Positions 10,330 through 20,400 of a stretch of DNA of 64,000 nucleotides are shown one piece after another. The stretch is from assembly GCA_017467335.1 (NCBI GenBank), contig JAFTSJ010000027.1:109-64108 (forward strand), written 5' to 3'. Numbering within the stretch: the first letter of the stretch is position 1; every line of letters begins with the position of its first letter. Under the pieces are notes generated by a model. That model ran no database searches and had not been told where the DNA came from. It worked only from the letters and a program-made list of their open reading frames with translations. Origin of the DNA: Alphaproteobacteria bacterium (GTDB taxonomy: Bacteria > Pseudomonadota > Alphaproteobacteria > CAAHEQ01 > UBA3637). The position numbers and the translations under genes are program-made.

Positions 10330-10569
10330 GTGTTAATCCTTTCATCAGTTGCACTCAATATTGCAGATTTTAGTGTTCCTGTCAAGCCTTTATTCATCTT
10401 TTAAAACAGGAAAAGAATATTTTTAACCACTTGATTTTTATTGTTAATTATTTGTTTACTTTTAACCATAATAAAATATTCATTTTTTTTATTGTTTTGA
10501 TTTCAAGGTTAAAATCGTATTGTAAAAAACGGATTTCGGATAATCGAAGGGGCTTTTTTTAAAAATAAC

Positions 10570-10598
10570 TTGACGAGAAAGAAAAGAAAACGTACACT
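10570..10598 (+). promoter_or_regulatory. Candidate sigma-70 promoter for ptsP
   Basis: TTGACG (10570-10575), 17-nt spacer, TACACT (10593-10598). About 40 nt upstream of the ptsP ATG. Confidence 0.4.
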
Positions 10599-10639
10599 AT
10601 TTTGCAGAAAGTGTTTTATTCATAAAGAGGATATGCTTT

Positions 10640-12919
10640 ATGCAGTCAACATCAACAACCTTTAATCGAACCGTTACGGCTCAAAAAGCCGTTTCGGAAC
10701 AATTATTAAAAGGTGTTCGAAAAGAAGTTCGTAAATCGGATGTTGCAACGGAAAATAAACTCAATAAGATTGTTTCTGAAATTGTTCATATATTAAAAGT
10801 TGATGTTTGCTCTTGTTATATTGTTCGCCCCGGTGATGTATTGGAGTTATATGCAACAAAGGGATTAAACGATAAATCCGTGCATGATACTTTTTTGCGT
10901 GTTGGGGAAGGGTTGGTTGGAGAAATTGCTCTTAAAAGAAAACCGCAATCTTTTAATAATATATGGGAACATGCTAGTTTTGTTTATAAACCTGAAACGG
11001 GTGAAACTCATTTTAATTCTTTGGCCGGTGTTCCGATTTTGCATGAAAACGTACTGTTGGGAGTATTATGTGTTCAAACGGTTGAACCGGCTATATATAC
11101 CAATGAAACGTTGGATTTGTTACAAATTATTGCGATGGCCTTGTCGGGTATTTTATCCGGAATAGCCATTGGAAGTGTTGAAAAGAAAATCGGTGTTGGT
11201 CGTCAGCATAAAAAATTTGAAGTTGATAAGATTATTTCCGGTATAGCATTGGGGCGTGCATTTGTGCATAAGCGGCTTGTATTGGGGAAGGTTATAGCCG
11301 GTAGCGTTACGAAGGAAATTAAACGTCTTGATACGGCTATGAAGGCTGTTGAAACAGAAATCAATCAAATGTTGTCAAAGCCGAATATGTCAGAAGAACA
11401 AACGGGTATTTTAGAAACCTATTTAATGTTTGTTCGTGATAAGGGATGGCATAACAAGATACTTAAATCGATTCATGACGGCTTAACGGCGGAAGCATCT
11501 GTACAACGTTCTTGTGGTGAAATGACGGAACGTATGCGTCTGATTACAGATACGTATATTCGGGAACGCATACATGATTTTCAAGATTTAACCAATCGAC
11601 TGATGCGTCATTTGCAAGGAGAACAGGTATCAGTTGTTAAAAAACTGCCTAAAAATACGATTTTGGTTGCTGAAAGTTTAGGGCCTGCTGAATTGTTGGA
11701 TTATGATATTTCTCGCATAAAGGCAATTGTTTTGGAAGAAGGGTCGCAAACAATGCACGTTGTTATTGTTGCCCGTTCATTTAATATACCGGTTGTTGCC
11801 GGTGTTAAAAATATATCTTCCATCGTTTTAAATGATGATGTTTTGGCAGTTGATGCAGATGATGGCTTCTTATATTTGAATCCGTCTGATGAAGTTTTAG
11901 ATGAATTTGAATCAAAAATTAAAATTCATCGCCGATTGCAAAATCGATTAGAACAGTTAAGCGGATTACCGGCCATTACCTTGGATGGAGTTGATATTTC
12001 TCTTAATATCAATGCCGGTTTACCCAGTGATTTGATTAAGGCTAAATCCGCTATGTTTGACGGCATTGGTTTATATCGGACGGAATTGCCATTCATGTCT
12101 TCGGAACAATTGCCGGATGTTAAAGAACAAACGGCTATTTATCAGCGAGTTACCCAAGAAATGAAAGATAAGCCGGTTGTGTTTCGGACGCTGGATATTG
12201 GTTCAGATAAGGTTTTACCTTATTTTGAAAACAAAGGTGAAAAAAATCCGGCGATGGGATGGCGTTCTATTCGGATTACTTTGGATAGGCGGGCTATTTT
12301 GCGTGGGCAATTAAGAGCTTTTATTCGGGCATGTGCCGGTAAGAAATTGCATGTTATGTTCCCGATGATAACGACCATAGAAGAGTTTCGTCAGGCAAAA
12401 GAGGCTTTAAATATTGAATTGTGCCGAGAACGTGAAAAAGGTAAACCGTTGCCGAAAGAAGTGCAAATCGGGACAATGTTGGAAGTACCGTCTTTGTTAT
12501 TTCAGATGGAATCGCTTGTGAAAGAAGTTGATTTTGTATCAATCGGAACAAATGATTTAGCTCAGTTTTTATTTGCAACCGATAGAAGCAATTCAATGAT
12601 ATGGACACGATATGACACCTTATCACCGGCTTTTTTGAAAATGTTAAGATATGTTAATACAACCTGTCAGCAGGCCGGTATTTCGTGTTGTGTGTGTGGT
12701 GAAATGGCCTCTCGTCCGTTAGAGTGTATGGCTTTGATTGGATTGGGATTTAAAAAAGTTTCCATGAATCCTGGAGCATTGGGGCGTATTAAGGCACTTG
12801 TTCGAACGGTTAATCAATCGCAGTTGGAATCGTTTATTGTGCGTCATTTGTCGGATACAACGGAAACGTTAAGACCGCTTTTGCAATCGTATGCAATTGA
12901 TCATGATATATTTATATGA
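10640..12919 (+). CDS. ptsP: Phosphoenolpyruvate-protein phosphotransferase EI-Ntr (GAF domain plus PEP-utilizing enzyme domains)
   Basis: 759 aa with an N-terminal GAF-like region and EI motifs (GSQTMHVVIVARS, GIGLYRTE, IGTNDL). Confidence 0.9.
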   Translation: MQSTSTTFNRTVTAQKAVSEQLLKGVRKEVRKSDVATENKLNKIVSEIVHILKVDVCSCYIVRPGDVLELYATKGLNDKSVHDTFLRVGEGLVGEIALKRKPQSFNNIWEHASFVYKPETGETHFNSLAGVPILHENVLLGVLCVQTVEPAIYTNETLDLLQIIAMALSGILSGIAIGSVEKKIGVGRQHKKFEVDKIISGIALGRAFVHKRLVLGKVIAGSVTKEIKRLDTAMKAVETEINQMLSKPNMSEEQTGILETYLMFVRDKGWHNKILKSIHDGLTAEASVQRSCGEMTERMRLITDTYIRERIHDFQDLTNRLMRHLQGEQVSVVKKLPKNTILVAESLGPAELLDYDISRIKAIVLEEGSQTMHVVIVARSFNIPVVAGVKNISSIVLNDDVLAVDADDGFLYLNPSDEVLDEFESKIKIHRRLQNRLEQLSGLPAITLDGVDISLNINAGLPSDLIKAKSAMFDGIGLYRTELPFMSSEQLPDVKEQTAIYQRVTQEMKDKPVVFRTLDIGSDKVLPYFENKGEKNPAMGWRSIRITLDRRAILRGQLRAFIRACAGKKLHVMFPMITTIEEFRQAKEALNIELCREREKGKPLPKEVQIGTMLEVPSLLFQMESLVKEVDFVSIGTNDLAQFLFATDRSNSMIWTRYDTLSPAFLKMLRYVNTTCQQAGISCCVCGEMASRPLECMALIGLGFKKVSMNPGALGRIKALVRTVNQSQLESFIVRHLSDTTETLRPLLQSYAIDHDIFI

Positions 12920-12926
12920 GGAAAAA

Positions 12927-13655
12927 ATGAAAATAAAAGCAATTATATTAGGGGCAGGCATGGGAACAAGAATGGGTTCCCCGATACCGAAGGTATTGAA
13001 TACTATTTGTAATCGTCCGATGATTAACATTTTATTAGATACGGTAAAAGAAAGTAAGATTGATGATGTAACGGTTGTGATTGGACCGGATATGGATAAT
13101 GTTAAAAAGGCTGTTCAACCGCATAAAACGGTTGTGCAACAGGAACGATTAGGGACGGCTCATGCCGTATTGGCAGCTGAAACGGAAATTGCTCCTTTTA
13201 ACGGCTGTGTTTTAATTTTATTTGGCGATCAACCTTTATTCACACCGCCGACATTACAAAAAATGTGTGATAAATGTATGACCGGTTCGGATGTGGTTGT
13301 TTTGGGATTTATTCCGACTGATGCTCGACGTTACGGTCGTTTGGTTATGGGAGAAGATGGTTTGGATGCTATTGTCGAATATAAAGATGCGACTGATGCC
13401 CAACGAGCGATTAAATTATGTAATTCGGGTGTTATGTGTGTTAATGGTCAATATTTGTTATCCCTTTTGAAAAAAATTAAAAATGAAAATGCCGCTCATG
13501 AATATTATTTGACGGACATTGTTGCGTTGGCGAAAGAGCAGGGATTGAAACGGGATGTTGTCATTGGTGATTCAGATGAATTGCATGGCGTCAATACGCC
13601 TGAAGAATTAGAATTAGCGGAAGCCATCTATAAAAAAAGGATGAATGTATGTTAA
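12927..13655 (+). CDS. Stand-alone GlmU-like sugar-1-phosphate uridylyltransferase domain, with no acetyltransferase domain
   Basis: ILGAGMGTRM..PKVL, QQERLGTAHAV, FGDQPL, YGRLV, EYKDAT, EYYLTD and GVNT match the GlmU N-terminal domain. The ORF stops before any hexapeptide-repeat domain. Start set at ATG 12927, behind a GAGGA RBS. Confidence 0.75.
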   Translation: MKIKAIILGAGMGTRMGSPIPKVLNTICNRPMINILLDTVKESKIDDVTVVIGPDMDNVKKAVQPHKTVVQQERLGTAHAVLAAETEIAPFNGCVLILFGDQPLFTPPTLQKMCDKCMTGSDVVVLGFIPTDARRYGRLVMGEDGLDAIVEYKDATDAQRAIKLCNSGVMCVNGQYLLSLLKKIKNENAAHEYYLTDIVALAKEQGLKRDVVIGDSDELHGVNTPEELELAEAIYKKRMNVC

Positions 13656-13879
13656 AATTGATATGGGTTACTTTTTGGCTCATTTTGATTTTGGCGGCAT
13701 TTACGTTATTGGTTGGTTTTTTTTCGAATGACAGCGTGGCTCAAAAATGCAGTCAATCATTGTCGGATTGTTTAACAAAAACATCCGAATATGACGGTTG
13801 GCGAAAATATATTCAAGGAATAAATTGTTTGGGGTTAAATGCTGTTTGTATTGTACAACAGATAAAAGAGGTGTTTTAA
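13649..13879 (+). CDS. Small membrane or secreted protein (76 aa, 4 Cys)
   Basis: Hydrophobic N-terminus LIWVTFWLILILAAFTLLVGFF. The start overlaps the upstream stop (ATGTTAA) and the stop overlaps the glk start (TAATG), so it appears translationally coupled on both sides. Confidence 0.5.
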   Translation: MLKLIWVTFWLILILAAFTLLVGFFSNDSVAQKCSQSLSDCLTKTSEYDGWRKYIQGINCLGLNAVCIVQQIKEVF

Positions 13880-14916
13880 TGTCGGTTTTTTTATTAACAG
13901 ATATTGGTGGTACGCATGTTCGGTTTTCTGTATATGACGGGGAAAAAGCATCAAAACCGGAACGTTATGCAACTCAGGATTTTTTAACATTTGAAGATGC
14001 TGTTCGTCACTATATGCAGACAAAGGACGTTGTTTTGTCCGGTATGGTTATCGGAGCGGCCGGTATGCGTCAAAATAATTGTGTTCGTTTGACAAATTGT
14101 CCATGGGTTATCAATACGGAAACATTGCAGACACAATTTCGCTTAAATCGAGTCATTTTGTTGAATGATTTTGCTTTGCAGGGGTTAGGCGTATTGCATT
14201 GTGAAACATCGGATTATATTTTGATTGGAGAAACGGAAACATTACCGATTGGACCGAAAGCAATTATCGGAGCCGGAACCGGTTTAGGGGTTTGTTTTTT
14301 AACATCTGATACAAATAATCGGTATCAGGTTTTTGAATCGGAAGGCGGGCATTCGACTGTTGGAGGTGTTACACCGATAATGCGTATGATAATACAAAAA
14401 GCAAATGAAAAATTGCCTCATGTATCTTATGAACGATTTATATCCGGGCCGGGATTGATGTTTTTGTATCAAATCATGGGTGAAAATTATCAAGAATGGT
14501 CTCATCATTTATTATCTGATGAAATTATGAACATGCAACGAGCATGGTCTTTTGTACCGATTTCTTCGGAAAATGATAAATGGCAAGCTGTTTCAACGCC
14601 CCCTGAAATTACACAACTGGCAGAGCAAGGTAATGAAATTGCTTTAATGACCTGGTGGTTGTTTTTTGAATTTTTAGGTGTTTTTTGTGCTGATATGGCA
14701 TTAACCCTTAAAACGACAGGAGGTGTTTATTTGGTTGGAGATTTATTGAAACAACCGTTTATAGCCAAAATGTTGCAACGGTCATATTTAAGAAAGATGT
14801 TTGAAACAAAAGGACGTTTTTCAAAATTTACGAAACAAATACCACTCATGTTGGTTACAAAAAATGATATACCACTTTGTGGATTGACACATATTGCCAA
14901 AAACGTTTGGAAATAA
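13879..14916 (+). CDS. glk: Glucokinase
   Basis: N-terminal LLTDIGGTHVRFS ATP-binding motif and Glk-family layout. Start moved to ATG 13879. Confidence 0.85.
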   Translation: MSVFLLTDIGGTHVRFSVYDGEKASKPERYATQDFLTFEDAVRHYMQTKDVVLSGMVIGAAGMRQNNCVRLTNCPWVINTETLQTQFRLNRVILLNDFALQGLGVLHCETSDYILIGETETLPIGPKAIIGAGTGLGVCFLTSDTNNRYQVFESEGGHSTVGGVTPIMRMIIQKANEKLPHVSYERFISGPGLMFLYQIMGENYQEWSHHLLSDEIMNMQRAWSFVPISSENDKWQAVSTPPEITQLAEQGNEIALMTWWLFFEFLGVFCADMALTLKTTGGVYLVGDLLKQPFIAKMLQRSYLRKMFETKGRFSKFTKQIPLMLVTKNDIPLCGLTHIAKNVWK

Positions 14917-15088
14917 AGTTTTTGAAGTTGGATAGTTTTCTATGGAGAGAATGATTAGAGTATTCTTTTGTGTTTTTTGCATATGAATATTCTTTTAAAA
15001 TAAATGGGTTGTAAAAAAAATACAAAAAATACAAAAAAAGTTCTTGCAATTTGAAAAGAAATCTGATAGAAATACATTCATACCCGAT

Positions 15089-15165
15089 GGGGGTGTAGCT
15101 CAGCTGGTTAGAGCGCCTGCCTGTCACGCAGGAGGCCGAGGGTTCGAGTCCCTTCACTCCCGCCA
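15089..15165 (+). tRNA. tRNA-Asp (GTC)
   Basis: Cloverleaf folded by eye: acceptor GGGGGTG/CACTCCC, anticodon loop CTGTCAC, T-arm GGTTCGAGTCC, encoded CCA end. Confidence 0.93.
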
Positions 15166-15167
15166 TT

Positions 15168-15196
15168 AAAAAACCACCGTGAAGGTGGTTTTTTTT
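15168..15196 (+). terminator. Rho-independent terminator after tRNA-Asp
   Basis: aaaaaaccacc-gtgaa-ggtggtttttttt hairpin followed by a T-run. Confidence 0.8.
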
Positions 15197-15421
15197 ATGT
15201 TCGAGTTTCAGAATTCTCACCCTATGGGTTCTCGTCTAATTCCACCATCTGTTCAACAAAGGCTTTTGGGTTGCAGGTGTATGTTTGAATGAGTGGAATT
15301 TGACTAGATGGTTTAACTCCTACGATTGGGAGATAATATTGTATTAAATGACCGTACTGCTTTTATTTGTTTTTTCACCTTCAAATATCTGTTAAAGATT
15401 ATTAGTGAAAGTAAAAAGAAG

Positions 15422-15450
15422 TTGACACCTAAACCTAAAACAGGTATTAA
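15422..15450 (+). promoter_or_regulatory. Candidate sigma-70 promoter for the Cys-rich/MORN gene
   Basis: TTGACA (15422-15427), 17-nt spacer, TATTAA (15445-15450). Confidence 0.45.
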
Positions 15451-15548
15451 CCTATATATTGCACGTAAGGGGAGAACAGAAAAATTGATGTCAGAACAAC
15501 ATCATTCCCCTCTCATCATTTGTTTGTGCATTAAATGAGGGAAATAAA

Positions 15549-17321
15549 ATGAAAAAGATATTATTTGTTATTTGTTTGATAATTAGTTCATCTGTTTTTG
15601 CCCAAGAACAAATTATGTTTGCAAGTTGTCCGGATTCGTATGTTATGGACGAACAAGGAAAGTGTCGTCCTTGTTCTGAATTGATGAAATTTAAGACCTT
15701 GAAAAATGCTGATTGTTCTCAAAAGTGTCGAACAAAAGATGGGCAATATATCAGAAAAATCGGTCGTTGGGGGTGTGAATTGGTTGCATGTCCCAATGGT
15801 TCATTTGATAGTTTTGGCAACTGTCAGGTTGCAAAAACAACAACGTGTCCATCAGATCGCCCTTTACTGGATAAGGAAGGTAAATGTCATCCATGTGATG
15901 AATTATCTAGAATTAAATTAAAAAATAAGGATGATTGTGAAGCCCTTTGTCAGATTGACGGAAAGTCATTAAGACACGATACATTTTGGGGATGTTCTTT
16001 AAAGGAGTGTCCCCCAAACGCTCAAAAAGACAATTTTGAAAATTGCCATATATTCCCCAGCAAGTGTCCGGCAACACATCCGTTACGTGAAAAAAATTAT
16101 TGTTTTGATTGCGCATATGAAGGGGTTGTCGATTTAGATGAGAAAAATGTTCATTTGTGTTCACAAATGTGTCAAGACAGCCAAGGTAATCCGACACGAC
16201 AATTATTTCAAAATGCCGGTTGTGGGTTAATCACTTGTCCAACAGATAAACCGTTAAGAAGTAATGGAAGTTGTGTATCTTGTGATAGTGAAATGTCTTA
16301 TCCGACAAATAAATGTGATATATGTCCTCAAAGAACAATTGTTAATTTTGATAATCAGGAATGGTGTGCTTTAAAAACATGTCCGACAGACAAACCGTTA
16401 CGGGGATTGTATGGTGATTGTTATTCTTGTGATGATGACGAGGAAGTTTATGTTGAACAGCAAGTTTGTTTATCAAGTTGTCCTAATCGACAGGTTGAAA
16501 AAGTAGATTTGTCTGATATCGGTATATATGATAAAAGTGTTCAATCGATAGAAGCCTGTCTTTTGAAAAAATCAAAGAAAACAAGTAAAAATATTGATTT
16601 TTCATCGATGAGTAGAAACAGGACTGTTTTGAAACCTAAATTTGAAACAAGTCATTGTCCGGAAGATAAACCGTTAATGGATTATAATGGAGAATGTTAT
16701 ACATGCGATGATCCCGGATTGATTACTTTAGAATTAGAAGATTTATGTTCAAAATGTCCGAATAGAGTATATACGGATTTGTTCCATTATACAGAGGAAG
16801 GTGTTTCATATCGGTACATTTGTAAAATTGCCGAGGAAAAGGATATCCGACTTCGTCGTGAAGGAAACAGTTTTTACTATTATGACCAAAACAATCAATT
16901 AGTTGAAGAAAAACATCTGTTATCGGATAATCCTGAATCGGATACGTTATACAAATATTACAAAAACGGCGTTTTGTGGCGTGTTCAATATCAGCTGAAT
17001 TATCGAAGAAACGGTATTGAACAACGATATGATGCTAATGGAAAATTAGAATCAGAAATACCTTATAAAAATAATAAAATGGATGGGATTGTGAAAAACT
17101 TTTTTCCGGACGGAAAGATAAAATCTGAAATTCCGTATCAAAACAATAAAAAATCCGGTTTGGGGAAATGGTACCATCCTAACGGTGTGTTGTCATCAAC
17201 CGGATACTATAAAAATGATGTTTTCGAGGGGGAATATAAACTGTTTAATCAACAAGGAGAAGTGATTGAAGTTGGTGTTTATAAAAATGGAAAAATAATC
17301 AATCGCCAAAAATTAAAATAG
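15549..17321 (+). CDS. Secreted Cys-rich repeat protein with C-terminal MORN-variant (YwqK-like) repeats
   Basis: Sec signal peptide MKKILFVICLIISSSVFA|QE. Six modules of the type CP.D(K/R)PL....G.C..C(D/S) ... C..(.)C. The C-terminus carries repeats with a period of about 23 aa (Y.NGkl.sEIPYkNNK.dG). Confidence 0.8.
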   Translation: MKKILFVICLIISSSVFAQEQIMFASCPDSYVMDEQGKCRPCSELMKFKTLKNADCSQKCRTKDGQYIRKIGRWGCELVACPNGSFDSFGNCQVAKTTTCPSDRPLLDKEGKCHPCDELSRIKLKNKDDCEALCQIDGKSLRHDTFWGCSLKECPPNAQKDNFENCHIFPSKCPATHPLREKNYCFDCAYEGVVDLDEKNVHLCSQMCQDSQGNPTRQLFQNAGCGLITCPTDKPLRSNGSCVSCDSEMSYPTNKCDICPQRTIVNFDNQEWCALKTCPTDKPLRGLYGDCYSCDDDEEVYVEQQVCLSSCPNRQVEKVDLSDIGIYDKSVQSIEACLLKKSKKTSKNIDFSSMSRNRTVLKPKFETSHCPEDKPLMDYNGECYTCDDPGLITLELEDLCSKCPNRVYTDLFHYTEEGVSYRYICKIAEEKDIRLRREGNSFYYYDQNNQLVEEKHLLSDNPESDTLYKYYKNGVLWRVQYQLNYRRNGIEQRYDANGKLESEIPYKNNKMDGIVKNFFPDGKIKSEIPYQNNKKSGLGKWYHPNGVLSSTGYYKNDVFEGEYKLFNQQGEVIEVGVYKNGKIINRQKLK

Positions 17322-17344
17322 TATTCCTATATTTTTAAAATTGC

Positions 17345-17392
17345 AAAAACGTCCGTTTGATATATCAAAATGTATTCAGACGGCGTTTTTTT
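17345..17392 (+). terminator. Rho-independent terminator
   Basis: aaaaacgtccgt ... acggcgttttttt hairpin (one bulge) followed by a T-run. Confidence 0.6.
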
Positions 17393-17475
17393 AGGGACAA
17401 AAAATAGAGTTGTTTTTAAGATAAAAATATGATAAATTATATAGGAATGTGTCATGGATGATTGAGGAGAAAAAT

Positions 17476-20400
17476 ATGCTTGTTACCGAAATGAAGCAGA
17501 GAATGCGTGCAGATTTTGAAGATAAATTCCGAATTTTAACCGGTACAGCGGAACAAGAACAACAATGGCAAGATTATTTTCAAGGAATTTGCCAACGTTT
17601 GTTAGGACCTCAAATTAATCTTGAAGAACATCCCATTCGCTTTTGCGTTTCTGATAGAAATAGTGTTAATGCGTTTTATCTGCCTCCACAAAAACCTCTT
17701 CCCAACAAATTTTATTTACCGGAAGAATTGGAAGAATTTGAACATCAAATTCCGTGTATTATTATTTATAAAGGTATGTTAGAGGCTGTTCAAAATGAAG
17801 ATCAACTGGCTTTCTTTTTAGGACATGAATTGGGACACTGGAAGACGGATGTATTTGATACAAAAGATACAGAAACACATGAAAATACAAAACTTGAAGA
17901 AGAAACTGCTGATATTCAGTCACTACAGATGATGGCTGATAGTGGTTACAATATCAATGAAGCATATAAAATCAGTGAAGGTTTCTTACATTCGGAAAAA
18001 TTGAATAATGCGGATGAAATAATTACCCGTTCATTGGATCATCATTTGAATAATGAAGACCGATTATTGGCAATCGGGACGACTATTCGACAGTTGGATG
18101 TTGAATATGCCGTTAAGGGGATTGATTTGGATTCTTATTCAACTCATGATATCCCGTTGGAATTTCGGGAGGAAATTAAGCAAAAACATCATGTTTCTCA
18201 AATTAAAAAAGATTTGCGTTCTTTGGGATATTATGATGTGTCTCTGGCTGAAAAACAAGATATTTTATTCAATTATTTAAATACGGTTTTAGCTAGTCGT
18301 GATATAGATGAAGGTTGGTATCTTTCTTTATTAAAAGACGTGTTACAAGAACATATTTTAGAACTGATGCATAATATTCCCAGAACAATTGTTCGTCAAA
18401 GCGATTATAATCTTTTGACACAACGTTTGTCAAAAGATGAATTGCAAAAATTAAAACCCTTATGGCAACAAATTGTTGGGAAACAATATGATTATGAATT
18501 TAATTCCTTTTACCGAAAAGATGTGTTGGATGCTTTTCCGTATAAAGTTGTTCCGGATGATGTGTACGAGCAAGAACACGCCGAGCAGGAAGAAAAACGC
18601 AAGCTGTTTTATCGACAAATTGATTCGGAACAAAATTTAAATGTATTATTTTGGAATCAACTAATGGATTGGGCTGCTCATGGTTATGCAAAAGATTTGT
18701 TTCTTTCATGTGCGGGATTACCTTTATCGGTTGTTCCTCAAATTGATTTAACAAAAACATCTTTTGGGCGTTGGACCAATTCATTTTTTAATGAAGATCA
18801 ACGTGTTTTTGTTGAGTTGATGTCTTACTCAATACACAGTATTCGTGAAAGTGATTTTTCATTGTTGCCGACAGAATTTTTACCTTTTGAGATTCAAAAT
18901 CCTTATCATTGCCTACAACATATTTTTTATCGATTTACCCCTAATTCATTTCCTGAATTAGATTTGGAAATGAGTGAAAATGATTGTCAAAAGTCTATGC
19001 CTCGGTGCTGTTTTGTATCTTACTTATCAGACTCATTCGGTGTCAGAGAAATTAACTATAGCGGACCATCTACAATTGTATCATATGTTCCTCATAATCG
19101 TGACCCGTTTAACAGAAAAAACGCCGAGTGGTGTTATGTTATTGAAAATGGTAAAATTGTTGATTCATTTCCTTATCAGAATAAAGAAAAAACTTGGGAA
19201 CGTGTTCGTAGCAGACACAAATATCAATTTCAAAAAGCAGTTGCCGATCATATCAAAGATGTGTATGGTATGCTTATGAAAATAAAAGAAAATTATCAAA
19301 CTCACGGATTAAACGCTCATCAATTAAGATTGGTAAAATCGTTCACATCTCCGGGGGCGTTTTTTAAAATTTCGTCATCAGCGGCTCAACGATATTTTGA
19401 TACATTAAACGATGAACAAAACGTATCTTATACAGGACGGGATCGAAAAAAACAAATAATGGCTTTTTTCCGTTCACAAGGTAATATCGGTTATCTTTTT
19501 GATTTTGAAACTTTCTACGATGAAGATTTGTTAAAAACATTTTTAACGGAAGAAGAAAGAGCCTTTTTCTTTGACGGATATAATGCTGATAATGACAACC
19601 TTGTTTTTCAAGCACTTCGAGCCGGTCATTTTGAAAATCCGGAAGAATTTAAGTGGTTGTTGGCGTGTGGAGATAATTTTTGTTGGTTTTCAGAATATGT
19701 TGAGATAGAGAACGGATATGACCACTTGCATACGAATCGGCAAGTTTTACAATATTTACATGATTATTTGAACCAGTTGTCAACGGATGAAATCCAGAAA
19801 CAGACACAATTACAACAAAGAGTTTTTGATGTTGAATGGAGAAATTTACATTATTTTGTGGAAAAACAATTAGAGGAAAATCCGCAACTGACAGGAGCTG
19901 ATGTTGATTTTTCGTCTTATTCTTATTTGATATTGGATGAAATGGCTGAAAAATTGGGTGTTCCCATTCATTTTTCGGATTACAGTATTGCCGAACATGG
20001 CATTCATAAAGGAAAAGTTGATTTTAGATGGAATAATCGTATTGCTGAAATTTTGAAAAAAAATAAAATTGCTGATAAGGGTATGAATATAAATCGTTAT
20101 AATATACAGTCGTTTATGCTTATCATGTATATTTTAACTGATGAAACACATACATTGCCGTTAGGTGAAATTTTTATTGATCAAGATATCATCTATTCAT
20201 TACTTCCTTATCCGTGTTTGGAAGAAAAATTATTACCATTTTTGTATCGCCGCAAAAATTACCCGACTGATTCGGTTGAAGCGTTGAAAACTTTTAGTAA
20301 TATTATTCGACCGTTAAGAAAAAGTACGGCTCCTATATTTAATGTCGCATTGGATATTGTGCTTGATGAAAAGGATATTCAAAAATCACTGGAAGCGGCT

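Noticed and set aside
10330-10639. Hairpin ttcctgt...acaggaa and other A/T-rich structures in the cdsA/ptsP divergent spacer, considered as a riboswitch or sRNA
   Set aside because: The stems are short and AT-rich, as expected by chance in this composition. I recognise no conserved riboswitch core.
14855-15220. 121-aa minus-strand ORF
   Set aside because: It runs antisense straight through tRNA-Asp and its terminator, has no RBS, and has an odd composition. It is a shadow ORF.
15326-15538. 70-aa ORF upstream of the Cys-rich/MORN gene
   Set aside because: It has no RBS, spans the predicted promoter of the downstream gene, and gives a low-complexity translation. It is treated as noncoding leader.
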